Assembly (NCBI GenBank): GCA_949297125.1
Contig: CASFRS010000027.1
Coordinates: forward strand, 1,812-65,811
Direction: 5' to 3'
DNA from: an uncultured Bacteroidales bacterium
Lineage (GTDB): Bacteria; Bacteroidota; Bacteroidia; Bacteroidales; G3-4614
DNA: 64,000 nt
Shown: in pieces, positions 9,472 to 17,687 of the stretch
Numbering within the stretch: position 1 is the first letter of the stretch
How the letters are laid out: the number at the start of each line of letters is the position of its first letter
Notes under the pieces: generated by a model
Database searches by the model: none
What the model saw: the letters and a program-made list of their open reading frames with translations, nothing else
Told to the model about the DNA's origin: nothing
Position numbers and translations under genes: made by a program

Positions 9472-11145
9472 ATGATAGATAAAAACTTTATAAAGCTTTA
9501 CGAGGAGAGTTTCAAGGAGAATTGGGAATTGCCGGCGCTTACCGATTACAATACGGCAAAGACGCTGACTTACGGCGAGGTGGCGGAAAAGGTGGCGCGA
9601 CTCCATATCCTGTTCCGCTTGTGCCAGTTGCGGAAAGGCGACAAGATATCCCTTGTAGGGCGCAACAACTCCAACTGGGTGGTTTCCTATATGGCCGTAG
9701 TAACGTACGGGGCCATAATAGTCCCCATACTGCAGGATTTCAACAGCAATGACATATCGCATATCATACGCCATTCCGAGTCGTCCATGCTGTTCGTCAG
9801 CGACCATATATGGGAAAATCTCGACATAGACGCCCTACCCGGGCTGAGAGCCGTCATCTCGTTGAACGATTTCAGCTGTTATTACCAGCGCGGCGGCGAG
9901 AGCGTGATGGCGTATCTCAACGGACTGGACGACCTTTTCACTAAAAACTACCCCACGGGTTTTACGCGCGACGACATAAAATATGCCGATCTTTCCAACG
10001 ACAAGGTCATAGAGATAAACTATACGTCCGGTACGACAGGGTACAGCAAAGGCGTTATGCTTACCGGCAACAACCTTGCCGGTAACGTTACTTTCGGCAT
10101 GAATACCGAATTGCATTACAAGGGGAGCAAGGCGTTGTCGTTCCTTCCCCTGGCGCACGCCTACGGATGCGCGTTCGACATGCTTACGACGCTGGCCGTG
10201 GGGTCGCACGTAACGCTTCTCGGCAAATTGCCGTCGCCGAAAGTATTGCTGAAGGCCCTTGCCGATGTAAAGCCCAACCTGATAGTGTGCGTGCCCCTCA
10301 TATTTGAAAAAATATACCGCAAACAGGTCTTGCCGCAACTGAGCGAGACCCCGTTGCGCTGGGCCGTAACGCTTCCGGTACTGAATACGCGCATTTACGA
10401 CAAGATAAGGAAGAAACTTGTCGATGCCCTGGGCGGACGCTTCGAACAGGTCATAATAGGCGGGGCACCGTTGAACCCCGAGGTAGAGCAGTTTTTCAGG
10501 AAAATAAAATTCCCGTTTACGGTAGGTTACGGCATGACCGAGTGCGCACCGCTGATAAGCTATTCCCCGTGGAAGGAGTTCATTCCCCGCTCGTCGGGAG
10601 AAGTGCTGAAAGGGATAATGGACGTGAAAATCGAATCGGAAGACCCTTACCTGATACCGGGCGAAATATGTGTCAGGGGAGAGAACGTAATGAAGGGGTA
10701 TTACAAAAACGACAAGGCCACGCGCGAGGTTATAGACGATGAAGGGTGGCTGCATACCGGCGATATGGGAATAATAGACAAGGACAAGAACATTTTCATA
10801 AAGGGACGCTACAAGAATATGATTCTCGGGCCGAGCGGGCAGAACATATACCCCGAGGAGATAGAGTCGAAGTTGAACAACATGCCGTTTGTCAATGAAA
10901 GCATTGTGGTTGAAAAGGACGGAAAACTTGTGGCTTTGGTCTACCCGGATTTCGAGGCAGCCGACAAATGCGGGATTGCTCCCCCCGAACTCGAAGCGGC
11001 CATGGAGGAGATACGGGTTAACCTCAACAAGGAAGTAGCCCCGTATGAAAGCATTGCGAAGATATACATATACCCGACGGAGTTCGAGAAAACGCCCAAG
11101 AGGAGCATAAAAAGGTATTTATATGCAAATTTTTCTCCCCTTTAG
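9472..11145 (+). CDS. fadD: Long-chain fatty acid--CoA ligase
   Basis: AMP-binding motif YTSGTTGYSKG, GYGMTE, WLHTGD, SGQNIYPEEIE. Confidence 0.93.
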   Translation: MIDKNFIKLYEESFKENWELPALTDYNTAKTLTYGEVAEKVARLHILFRLCQLRKGDKISLVGRNNSNWVVSYMAVVTYGAIIVPILQDFNSNDISHIIRHSESSMLFVSDHIWENLDIDALPGLRAVISLNDFSCYYQRGGESVMAYLNGLDDLFTKNYPTGFTRDDIKYADLSNDKVIEINYTSGTTGYSKGVMLTGNNLAGNVTFGMNTELHYKGSKALSFLPLAHAYGCAFDMLTTLAVGSHVTLLGKLPSPKVLLKALADVKPNLIVCVPLIFEKIYRKQVLPQLSETPLRWAVTLPVLNTRIYDKIRKKLVDALGGRFEQVIIGGAPLNPEVEQFFRKIKFPFTVGYGMTECAPLISYSPWKEFIPRSSGEVLKGIMDVKIESEDPYLIPGEICVRGENVMKGYYKNDKATREVIDDEGWLHTGDMGIIDKDKNIFIKGRYKNMILGPSGQNIYPEEIESKLNNMPFVNESIVVEKDGKLVALVYPDFEAADKCGIAPPELEAAMEEIRVNLNKEVAPYESIAKIYIYPTEFEKTPKRSIKRYLYANFSPL

Positions 11146-11218
11146 AGCATAAATTCAGAAAAATCAACTTTTTTCAAAAAAAAAAGCTACATGGTGTGTC
11201 ATATATAAAAAATTTGTC

Positions 11219-11226
11219 TACCTTTG
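11219..11226 (+). promoter_or_regulatory. sigmaA -7 element TACCTTTG for small lipoprotein
   Basis: Consensus TAnnTTTG followed by an AT-rich leader to ATG 11285. Confidence 0.7.
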
Positions 11227-11284
11227 TTGCGCTTTTAGAGGAAGCAATAAATTTATTGTTTTTAAAATTGTAAAATTAAAGGAA

Positions 11285-11464
11285 ATGAAAAAGTTAGTTT
11301 TGTTTTTCGCAGTTGCATTTGCAATGTCGTTTGCAGCTTGCACAAAACCTGCTGCTGAAGAAGCTACAGTAGAAGAAGCTGTTGTAGAAGAAGTAGTAGT
11401 AGATAGCGCAGCTGTTGATAGCGTAGTAGATAGCGCAGCTGTTGATACTGCTGTTGTAGAATAA
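11285..11464 (+). CDS. Small acidic Ala/Val/Glu-rich lipoprotein (59 aa; PG1828-like)
   Basis: Manual translation MKKLVLFFAVAFAMSFAACTKPAAEEATVEEAVVEEVVVDSAAVDSVVDSAAVDTAVVE*. It has lipobox FAAC, its own promoter and terminators, and strongly biased GCT/GTA/GAA codons. Confidence 0.88.
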   Translation: MKKLVLFFAVAFAMSFAACTKPAAEEATVEEAVVEEVVVDSAAVDSVVDSAAVDTAVVE

Positions 11465-11491
11465 TCCGGCAGGAGGTTCTAAAAGAAAAAG

Positions 11492-11549
11492 AAGAGCGAC
11501 ACAATGTGCCGCTTTTTTTATCGGTAACCGGCCAATGGCCGGTTTTTTT
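11492..11549 (+). terminator. Two tandem intrinsic terminators after the small lipoprotein
   Basis: GCGACAC-AAT-GTGCCGC-T7 and AACCGGCC-AAT-GGCCGG-T7. Confidence 0.75.
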
Positions 11550-11633
11550 GTCTTTGTAGGATACGGATGCCGTATTGCACGTAAGCCGTTACGGCTTGCT
11601 GCAAGCATATAGGGTATGTCGGGCAGGGGGGGT

Positions 11634-11660
11634 AAAAAAACAGCCGGGAGAACCGGCCTG
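11634..11660 (-). terminator. Intrinsic terminator downstream of tRNA-Ser
   Basis: Minus strand CAGGCCGG-TTCTC-CCGGCTG-TTTTTTT. Confidence 0.6.
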
Positions 11661-11683
11661 AAACAGATTACGAAAAAATTTTG

Positions 11684-11771
11684 CGGAATGAGGGGGATTC
11701 GAACCCCCGAACCGGTTTTGCCGATTACACGCTTTCCAGGCGTGCCTCTTCAGCCACTCGAGCACCATTCC
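11684..11771 (-). tRNA. tRNA-Ser(GGA)
   Basis: Reverse complement GGAATGGTGCTCGAGTGGCTGAAGAGGCACGCCTGGAAAGCGTG...GGGGGTTCGAATCCCCCTCATTCCG. Anticodon arm CACGC-CT-GGA-AA-GCGTG, long variable arm, T-loop TTCGAAT. CCA is not encoded; promoter TACCTTTG at 11879-11886. Confidence 0.97.
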
Positions 11772-12000
11772 CTCTGTCGGTAAAAGTCCCGTCCGGTTTG
11801 CCGCCGGGCCCTTTCTGTATAAGCAGCAGGCTGTTCTGCAGGAAGCGGAAAAGCCATAACCGAAACCTTTACGGCTGGCAAAGGTAATACAAAGAAAAAT
11901 ATTGGCAAAGAAAAAAAGCAGATAGCCGATAAAAAAATACTCCGCCCAAAAGGGGGGGGCGGCATTGCGTTCCGGCAAAACAGGCGATAAAGATGCAGCT

Positions 12001-12032
12001 GTTGAAAAATATCCGCAAAAACCCTATATTTG
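12001..12032 (+). promoter_or_regulatory. sigmaA promoter for fucosidase (GTTG-N20-TATATTTG)
   Basis: -7 box 12025-12032 with a -33-like element 20 nt upstream. Confidence 0.6.
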
Positions 12033-12144
12033 TCATAAAATGGCTGACGTAAGTCGTGCCCGGCATAATCCGCGCGGGATTCAGGGCCTTGTCCGTTAGT
12101 CGCCGTTTGCATGTAAATAGCGGCAATCCATAAAACGACACGAT

Positions 12145-14283
12145 ATGACGATGAAGAAAATGAAAAGAGCGTTAGGCTGCATGCTGGCGGCGCTGGCCGC
12201 AGTGCCGCTTACCGCAGTGGCGGGAGAAGCCCCGCCCGAACCGCTTTACCCGTTGCCCAACCAGAGGCAGATGTATTACCTGCATAACCCCAATGCCGCA
12301 TTTATCCATTACGGAATGAATACGTATACCAATGCGGAGTGGGGGAGCGGCTTTGAAGAAGCATTGCTTTTCGACCCCCCGTGCGACACTATTGATACCG
12401 ACCAATGGGTGTCGCTGCTTAAGGAGTGCGGGTTTGACAGGGTAATCCTTACGTGCAAGCATCACGACGGTTTTTGCCTCTGGCCCTCGCAGGCCAACAG
12501 GGAAGCCCCGCATACCATAGCGCAGACCACATACCAGAACGGGCAGGGCGACTTGCTGGAACAACTGTCGCAGTCGTGTACCAAATACGGTCTGGACATG
12601 GGGGTGTACCTCTCGCCGTGGGATGCATACGAAGAACATGTGGGCGGCCACTATAACAATGCCCTGTATAACGACTTCTACAACGAGCAGCTGATAGAGG
12701 TGCTAAGCAAATACGGCCGTTACAACCCCGAAACCGGTCGCCGCGAGATAGTGGAAATATGGCTGGACGGGGCAACCGGTACCAATTCGCCGCCCGTATA
12801 CGACTTCGACCGTTTTACCGAGACGATGCGCAAGTACCAGCCGTCGGCTTTTATCTGGATAGATGCGTTGCCCGGTTTTATAGACTGCGTATCGGGCGAC
12901 ACCTGCAAGGTGGACGGTGCGTGGGCTATGAACGAAGCGGGACAGGCCCCCTATCCGTGCTGGAACAAGATGTCGCTCGACGGCAAAACCGCCAATGACT
13001 GCAAGAACCGTCCCGAGGGCGACTACTTCCTGCTTCTCGAAGCCGACGTGTCGGTACGCAGCGGGTGGTTTTACGGCGACGGCAGCAACCTGAAGAGTGC
13101 GGAAGACCTTTTCAACGAACGCTACATGAAATCGATAGGACGGGGAATACCGTTGATTCTCAACGTCCCTCCCGACAAGAACGGGGTGATAACCGACGAA
13201 TATGCCGCAACGTTGCGCAAATATCGCGGATACATCGATTCCACCTTTGCCGTATCGCTTATTCCTGCCGAGAGCAAGGCCTTTTCGCCCGACGGCAGCA
13301 GGGGGGACAATTATCTGCCCCGGAACGTGCTCGACGGCAACTACGACACCTACTGGTGCATGCCGGGCGAAGCCACGGCCGGCAGTATAGAGGTAGCCTT
13401 CGGGCGGGAGGTGGAGTTCGATATAGTGGAGTTACAGGAATACATACCGCTCGGACAAAGAATATCCGGATGGAAAGTCGAGGTGAAAAGCGGGGGGAGC
13501 TGGCACCCCTTTGCGGTCGGCTCGACCATAGGTTACCGCTATCTGGCAAAAGGGAATCCCGTATCGGCAACAGGGTTGCGCCTGACAGTAACATCATCCC
13601 TTGCATTGCCGCTGATAAACTCTATTGCCGTTTACAAAACGTGCGAAGGCGTATCGGGCGGCATGGTAGGCAAGGCCGGGGACAACAACCTGATAGTCAT
13701 GCGGGAAGAATTTGTCTCGGCCTCTGAAAAGGATTCGGCGGTAAACGTAACGGTAGAACTGCACAACCCGGTTTCCGACAAGGTGGCGGTAAATATCGCC
13801 ACGTTGCCCGGTACAGGAGTACAAGGCAAGGTCTATCGCGACAAAAGCGACGTGATAGTATTCGAGTCGGGAGAAACCAGCAAAACTTTCAGCGTAGGGC
13901 TTATAGACAATTCCAATAACGAAGGCGGCAAGGATTTTTACGTAGTGCTCTCCTCCCCGTCCGAAGGGGCAGTGATAGGAGCGCAGAATATGACGAGGGT
14001 TTGGGTGGACGACGATGAAAATCCCGGACGCGAATATGAAATCTCCATAACAACCGCGGGCAAGGCAGAAGGTAAAGTGGCATTTTCTGCGGCAGAAGGA
14101 GGGAAAAACTGGAACAGGTTGAAAACTAATGTCCCCGTACAGGTAATAGCCATACCGTCCGACGGATATGTATTCGACAAATGGATCGATTCAAGGAGCG
14201 GGGAGAAAATCTCCGATACCCCCCGCTTCGTATACGAAGAGTTCGAGGATATAACACTCAAGGCTCTTTTCAGAAAAGAATAG
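12145..14283 (+). CDS. Alpha-L-fucosidase GH29 with F5/8-type C (CBM32-like), Calx-beta and InlB-B-repeat-like domains
   Basis: Signal peptide; AFIHYGMNTY, LTCKHHDGFCLWPS, GVYLSPWD, EIWLDGA, EADVSVRSGWFY, ILNVPP; LQEYIPLGQRI (F5/8C); FESGETSKTFSVGLID...DDD (Calx-beta); AIPSDGYVFDKW. Confidence 0.93.
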   Translation: MTMKKMKRALGCMLAALAAVPLTAVAGEAPPEPLYPLPNQRQMYYLHNPNAAFIHYGMNTYTNAEWGSGFEEALLFDPPCDTIDTDQWVSLLKECGFDRVILTCKHHDGFCLWPSQANREAPHTIAQTTYQNGQGDLLEQLSQSCTKYGLDMGVYLSPWDAYEEHVGGHYNNALYNDFYNEQLIEVLSKYGRYNPETGRREIVEIWLDGATGTNSPPVYDFDRFTETMRKYQPSAFIWIDALPGFIDCVSGDTCKVDGAWAMNEAGQAPYPCWNKMSLDGKTANDCKNRPEGDYFLLLEADVSVRSGWFYGDGSNLKSAEDLFNERYMKSIGRGIPLILNVPPDKNGVITDEYAATLRKYRGYIDSTFAVSLIPAESKAFSPDGSRGDNYLPRNVLDGNYDTYWCMPGEATAGSIEVAFGREVEFDIVELQEYIPLGQRISGWKVEVKSGGSWHPFAVGSTIGYRYLAKGNPVSATGLRLTVTSSLALPLINSIAVYKTCEGVSGGMVGKAGDNNLIVMREEFVSASEKDSAVNVTVELHNPVSDKVAVNIATLPGTGVQGKVYRDKSDVIVFESGETSKTFSVGLIDNSNNEGGKDFYVVLSSPSEGAVIGAQNMTRVWVDDDENPGREYEISITTAGKAEGKVAFSAAEGGKNWNRLKTNVPVQVIAIPSDGYVFDKWIDSRSGEKISDTPRFVYEEFEDITLKALFRKE

Positions 14284-14308
14284 AGTTGCGCAACTGCGCA
14301 GTATCCAG

Positions 14309-14359
14309 AAACAGCCGGGAGGGTGTGCCGGAATAAACCGCACACCCTCCCGGCTGTTT
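14309..14359. terminator. Bidirectional terminator, perfect 20-bp stem
   Basis: AAACAGCCGGGAGGGTGTGC ... GCACACCCTCCCGGCTGTTT. Confidence 0.8.
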
Positions 14360-14502
14360 ATATTTGTTATGCAGGCATTGTAACCGGTATGATAAAACGG
14401 AAAGGCAGAAACGCCTTTGTTTTTTTACCTGCCCGCGTCTTCCTGCTGTTCTTGAATCGGTTTTGTTACAAGTGTAAATATGATAATTATTAATGTTTAA
14501 AA

Positions 14503-14718
14503 TGTATCTCTTAATAAGAGAAACACTCTTCGGCGGGCAAAGGTAAGCAAAACATCTAATAATTACAAATTTATTATAAACGATATTTTTCCGCAATTTC
14601 TGCTATTGTAAAGCAATATCCCGGAAATATTAGAGGACAGCACACTGTTGCTGCTGTTAATTATTTGTTATAAAAGGTGTTATGTTTTATTGTGTTTCTC
14701 TTAATAAGAGAAACACAA
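14503..14718. promoter_or_regulatory. Two copies of palindromic operator-like site TCTCTTA-A-TAAGAGA
   Basis: 20-bp identity TCTCTTAATAAGAGAAACAC at 14507-14526 and 14697-14716; the second is a perfect 14-1-14 inverted repeat (14690-14718). Confidence 0.6.
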
Positions 14719-14784
14719 GATATGTGCAATTGTGGATATAACCTTAACCTATATAGTAGTGTCAATTAAAATTTTTGATTGTTT

Positions 14785-15804
14785 ATGAAGAAAAGTTTTA
14801 CAAAAGTTTTGTTGGCGGCAGCAATGTTTTGTGTGTCGTCTGGCGCGTCAGCGTACGATTTTGAAGCGGGCGGGATTCATTACAATATTACGTCCGAAGC
14901 CGATAAAACCGTAGAGGTAACGTCCGGAGGGAATGGCTATGTCGGGGATGTTTCAATCCCCGCAACTGTGGAGAACGGGGGGACGATATACACCGTAACA
15001 GAGATAGGGAATTTCGCTTTTTCCTCTTGCAGCAGCCTCGTCTCTATTGATATTCCCGACGGAGTCAAGTCGATAGAGGTGGATGCTTTTTACAATTGCA
15101 TCAGCCTTGAGTCTGTAACGCTCGGCAGCGGATTAGAAACAATAGGCGATTATGCTTTTGAGTATTGCGAAAACCTTAAATCGATAAATATCCCCGACGG
15201 GGTAGTCTCGATAGGCGATTATGCTTTTGACGGATGCAGCAGCCTTACCTCCATCGATATTCCCGACGGAGTTGTTTCGTTAGGAGAAGGCGCTTTTTCC
15301 GGTTGCATCAGCCTCGAGTCGGTAACGCTCGGCAGCGAAGTAGAAACAATCGGCGATTATGCTTTTCACAATTGCAGCAATCTTGTAGAAATAAACTCCC
15401 TTGCAACTCTCCCCCCTGTATGCGCCATTATTGCCGGGGTATCCGTTTCATCTTGTTTTTCCGGTGTCGATAAAACTGCCTGTACGCTAAAAGTACCGGA
15501 AGGGACGGCCGACGATTACAGGGCAGCCGACGTCTGGAAAGAGTCCTTCAATATAGCGGAGACCGATTTTGCCGGAATCGGGGAGATTGCGGCCGATGCT
15601 GCGGCTGCCGCAAAGGTATACGCAGCCGCAGGGCGCATAGTTGTCGAAAACGCTGCGGCAGGTACGCCGATAGTCGTCTATACCGCCGACGGTGTACAGG
15701 TATACGGCGGTACGGCCTCCGACGGCCGAACAGAGATTCCCGCGCAGGCAGGGAAACTCTATATTGTAAGGTGTGGCAACGCGGCGTACAAAACGGCGAT
15801 GTAG
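14785..15804 (+). CDS. BspA-like leucine-rich-repeat (LRR_5/TpLRR) surface protein with T9SS-CTD-like C-terminus
   Basis: Signal peptide ending ASA-YDF; 23-aa repeats C..L.SI.IPDGV.SIG..AF; C-terminal GRIVVE..PIVVYTADG..GKLYIVRCGNAAYK. Confidence 0.9.
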   Translation: MKKSFTKVLLAAAMFCVSSGASAYDFEAGGIHYNITSEADKTVEVTSGGNGYVGDVSIPATVENGGTIYTVTEIGNFAFSSCSSLVSIDIPDGVKSIEVDAFYNCISLESVTLGSGLETIGDYAFEYCENLKSINIPDGVVSIGDYAFDGCSSLTSIDIPDGVVSLGEGAFSGCISLESVTLGSEVETIGDYAFHNCSNLVEINSLATLPPVCAIIAGVSVSSCFSGVDKTACTLKVPEGTADDYRAADVWKESFNIAETDFAGIGEIAADAAAAAKVYAAAGRIVVENAAAGTPIVVYTADGVQVYGGTASDGRTEIPAQAGKLYIVRCGNAAYKTAM

Positions 15805-15884
15805 CAGGCGGTATATAATGGCATGATTCTGCTTGAAAACAACAAGAATATTAACCAGAATTATTAACCTGAACTGTTTTTATT

Positions 15885-16247
15885 ATGAGAAGTTTTAAAT
15901 CTGTTCTGTTCGTAATTTTTGTTGCGGCGCTTACCGTCAATCTTGCCGGGTGCAAGGATGACGACGACGATAAAGCCGCATCTGAAAAAATAGCCGGTAC
16001 ATGGTACTGCGAGGGTTTTCCCGAAGACATAATGGTATTCAATGCCGACGGGACGGGAGCATATATACGTGCCGATGAAGGAATAAACGATGCATTTACC
16101 TTTTCGTTGGATGAAAAAGCCGGGACTTTGAGCATCCTGTGGAGCGACGGCGAGGCAGAAAGTTGGCCCGTTTCCATAGACGGCAACCGTATGTACCTAT
16201 ACGAATCGGACGGTATAGAGCCTGCCGAGGTATATGTGCGCGGATGA
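15885..16247 (+). CDS. Lipoprotein, lipocalin-like domain
   Basis: Lipobox LAGC followed by KDDDDD (acidic export-signal-like); IAGTW; FNADGTG. Confidence 0.8.
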   Translation: MRSFKSVLFVIFVAALTVNLAGCKDDDDDKAASEKIAGTWYCEGFPEDIMVFNADGTGAYIRADEGINDAFTFSLDEKAGTLSILWSDGEAESWPVSIDGNRMYLYESDGIEPAEVYVRG

Positions 16248-16277
16248 CAATCCCGCGCCGATCAGGAGATTTTCAGA

Positions 16278-16311
16278 CAGGAGGGCCTCGCGATATTGCG
16301 AGGCCCTCCTG
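16278..16311. terminator. Hairpin terminator between convergent operons
   Basis: CAGGAGGGCCTCGCG-ATAT-TGCGAGGCCCTCCTG. Confidence 0.7.
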
Positions 16312-16367
16312 CTATTGTAAGGATGATTGATATTACTGGTCTTTAGTGCTTTAGTACGCAGGCTTTT

Positions 16368-17675
16368 TTACTGCCTTTCCAGAAGGAACTGTTTCAGCCG
16401 GCCGAACATGGGCGGGATAACAACGCTCTGTTTCTCGCCGCGCATAAAGGCTTGCAGTTTCTCGGGTATTTCAATCTTTTCCCCTGTAACCCCTTCAACA
16501 GTGTCGAGGAACTTGGCCGGGTGCGCCGTTTCGAGGAAGAACCCTTTCTCGCCCGGCTGCAACATCTCTTCCAACGCCCTGAATCCGCAAGCCCCGTGCG
16601 GGTCGAGCAGGTATCTGTGGTTGCGGTAAGCCCTGTCTATGGTCTCGCGTATCTGGTCGTCGTTGTACGATACGCCGCTTATGTCTGCGCAAATCGCCTC
16701 GTGCGAGCCTTTGTACAGGTCCAGAATCCTTGCAAAGTTGCTCGGGTCGCCGACATCCATGGCGTTAGCTATCGTGGCGACAGACGGCCTCGGACGGTAT
16801 TCGCCCGTATTCAGATATTCGAGGAACACGTCGTTGCGGTTGTTTGCGGCAATAAAGCGTTTGATGGGAAGCCCCATCTTCTTGCCGAAAAGCCCGGCTG
16901 TTATGTTGCCGAAGTTCCCGCTCGGTACGCAGCATACCACGTTGTCGGCATTGCCGGCCTTTGCCATTTGGGCGTATGCGTAGAAGTAGTAGAATGCCTG
17001 CGGCAGGAAACGTGCAACGTTTATCGAGTTGGCCGAGGTCAGTTTCATGGCGGCATTCAGTTCCTTGTCCATGAATGCCGACTTGACAAGGGCCTGGCAG
17101 TCGTCGAAAGTCCCCTCTACCTCTATTGCCGTTATGTTCTGCCCGAGGGTTGTGAACTGTTTCTCCTGAATTTCGGTAACCTTTTTGTGCGGGTAAAGGA
17201 CGTAAACCTTTATGCCCGGTACTCCGAGGAATCCGTTGGCTACCGCGCTTCCCGTGTCGCCCGATGTGGCTACGAGCACGTTGACCTCCTTCTTGTCGCT
17301 CGACTGTGCGATGAAATGCCCCAGCAGCCGCGCCATAAAGCGCGCACCCACATCCTTGAACGCCAGTGTGGGCCCGTGGAACAGTTCAAGGGAGTAGATA
17401 TTCTCCGTTACCTGTACCAGAGGGGTGTCGAACGACAGGGTGTCGTAAACTATCTTGCGCAGTGTCTCGGGCTCTACATCTTCACCGAAGAACTCTTCCG
17501 CTACGGTAAATGCAATCTCCCTGAACGGCATTTCGGCTATATGGTTGAAAAAAGGCTTGGGCAGCAGTTTTATCCTTTCCGGCATGTAAAGCCCCTTGTC
17601 GGGGGCAAGCCCCCTTACTACGGCTTCGGCCAGTGAGGCATCGGGCGCCTGTCTGTTTGTACTGTAATATCGCAT
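16368..17675 (-). CDS. thrC: Threonine synthase
   Basis: LELFHGPTLAFKD (PLP Lys), ATSGDTG, SANSINVAR, VPSGNFGN, ETAHPAKF. Confidence 0.97.
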   Translation of the reverse strand: MRYYSTNRQAPDASLAEAVVRGLAPDKGLYMPERIKLLPKPFFNHIAEMPFREIAFTVAEEFFGEDVEPETLRKIVYDTLSFDTPLVQVTENIYSLELFHGPTLAFKDVGARFMARLLGHFIAQSSDKKEVNVLVATSGDTGSAVANGFLGVPGIKVYVLYPHKKVTEIQEKQFTTLGQNITAIEVEGTFDDCQALVKSAFMDKELNAAMKLTSANSINVARFLPQAFYYFYAYAQMAKAGNADNVVCCVPSGNFGNITAGLFGKKMGLPIKRFIAANNRNDVFLEYLNTGEYRPRPSVATIANAMDVGDPSNFARILDLYKGSHEAICADISGVSYNDDQIRETIDRAYRNHRYLLDPHGACGFRALEEMLQPGEKGFFLETAHPAKFLDTVEGVTGEKIEIPEKLQAFMRGEKQSVVIPPMFGRLKQFLLERQ

Positions 17676-17687
17676 TTTCAGTTCTGT

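Noticed and set aside
11294-11608. 104-aa minus-strand ORF with NSCAIYY repeats
   Set aside because: It is the antisense of the real 59-aa lipoprotein and its terminators.
15028-15367. LRR internal repeats as a DGR template/variable pair
   Set aside because: Differences are not adenine-specific, both copies are in-frame coding repeats, and there is no reverse transcriptase.
11684-16311. tRNA-Ser-integrated genomic island
   Set aside because: Accessory genes lie on the tRNA 5' side; I saw no duplicated tRNA 3' end and no integrase.
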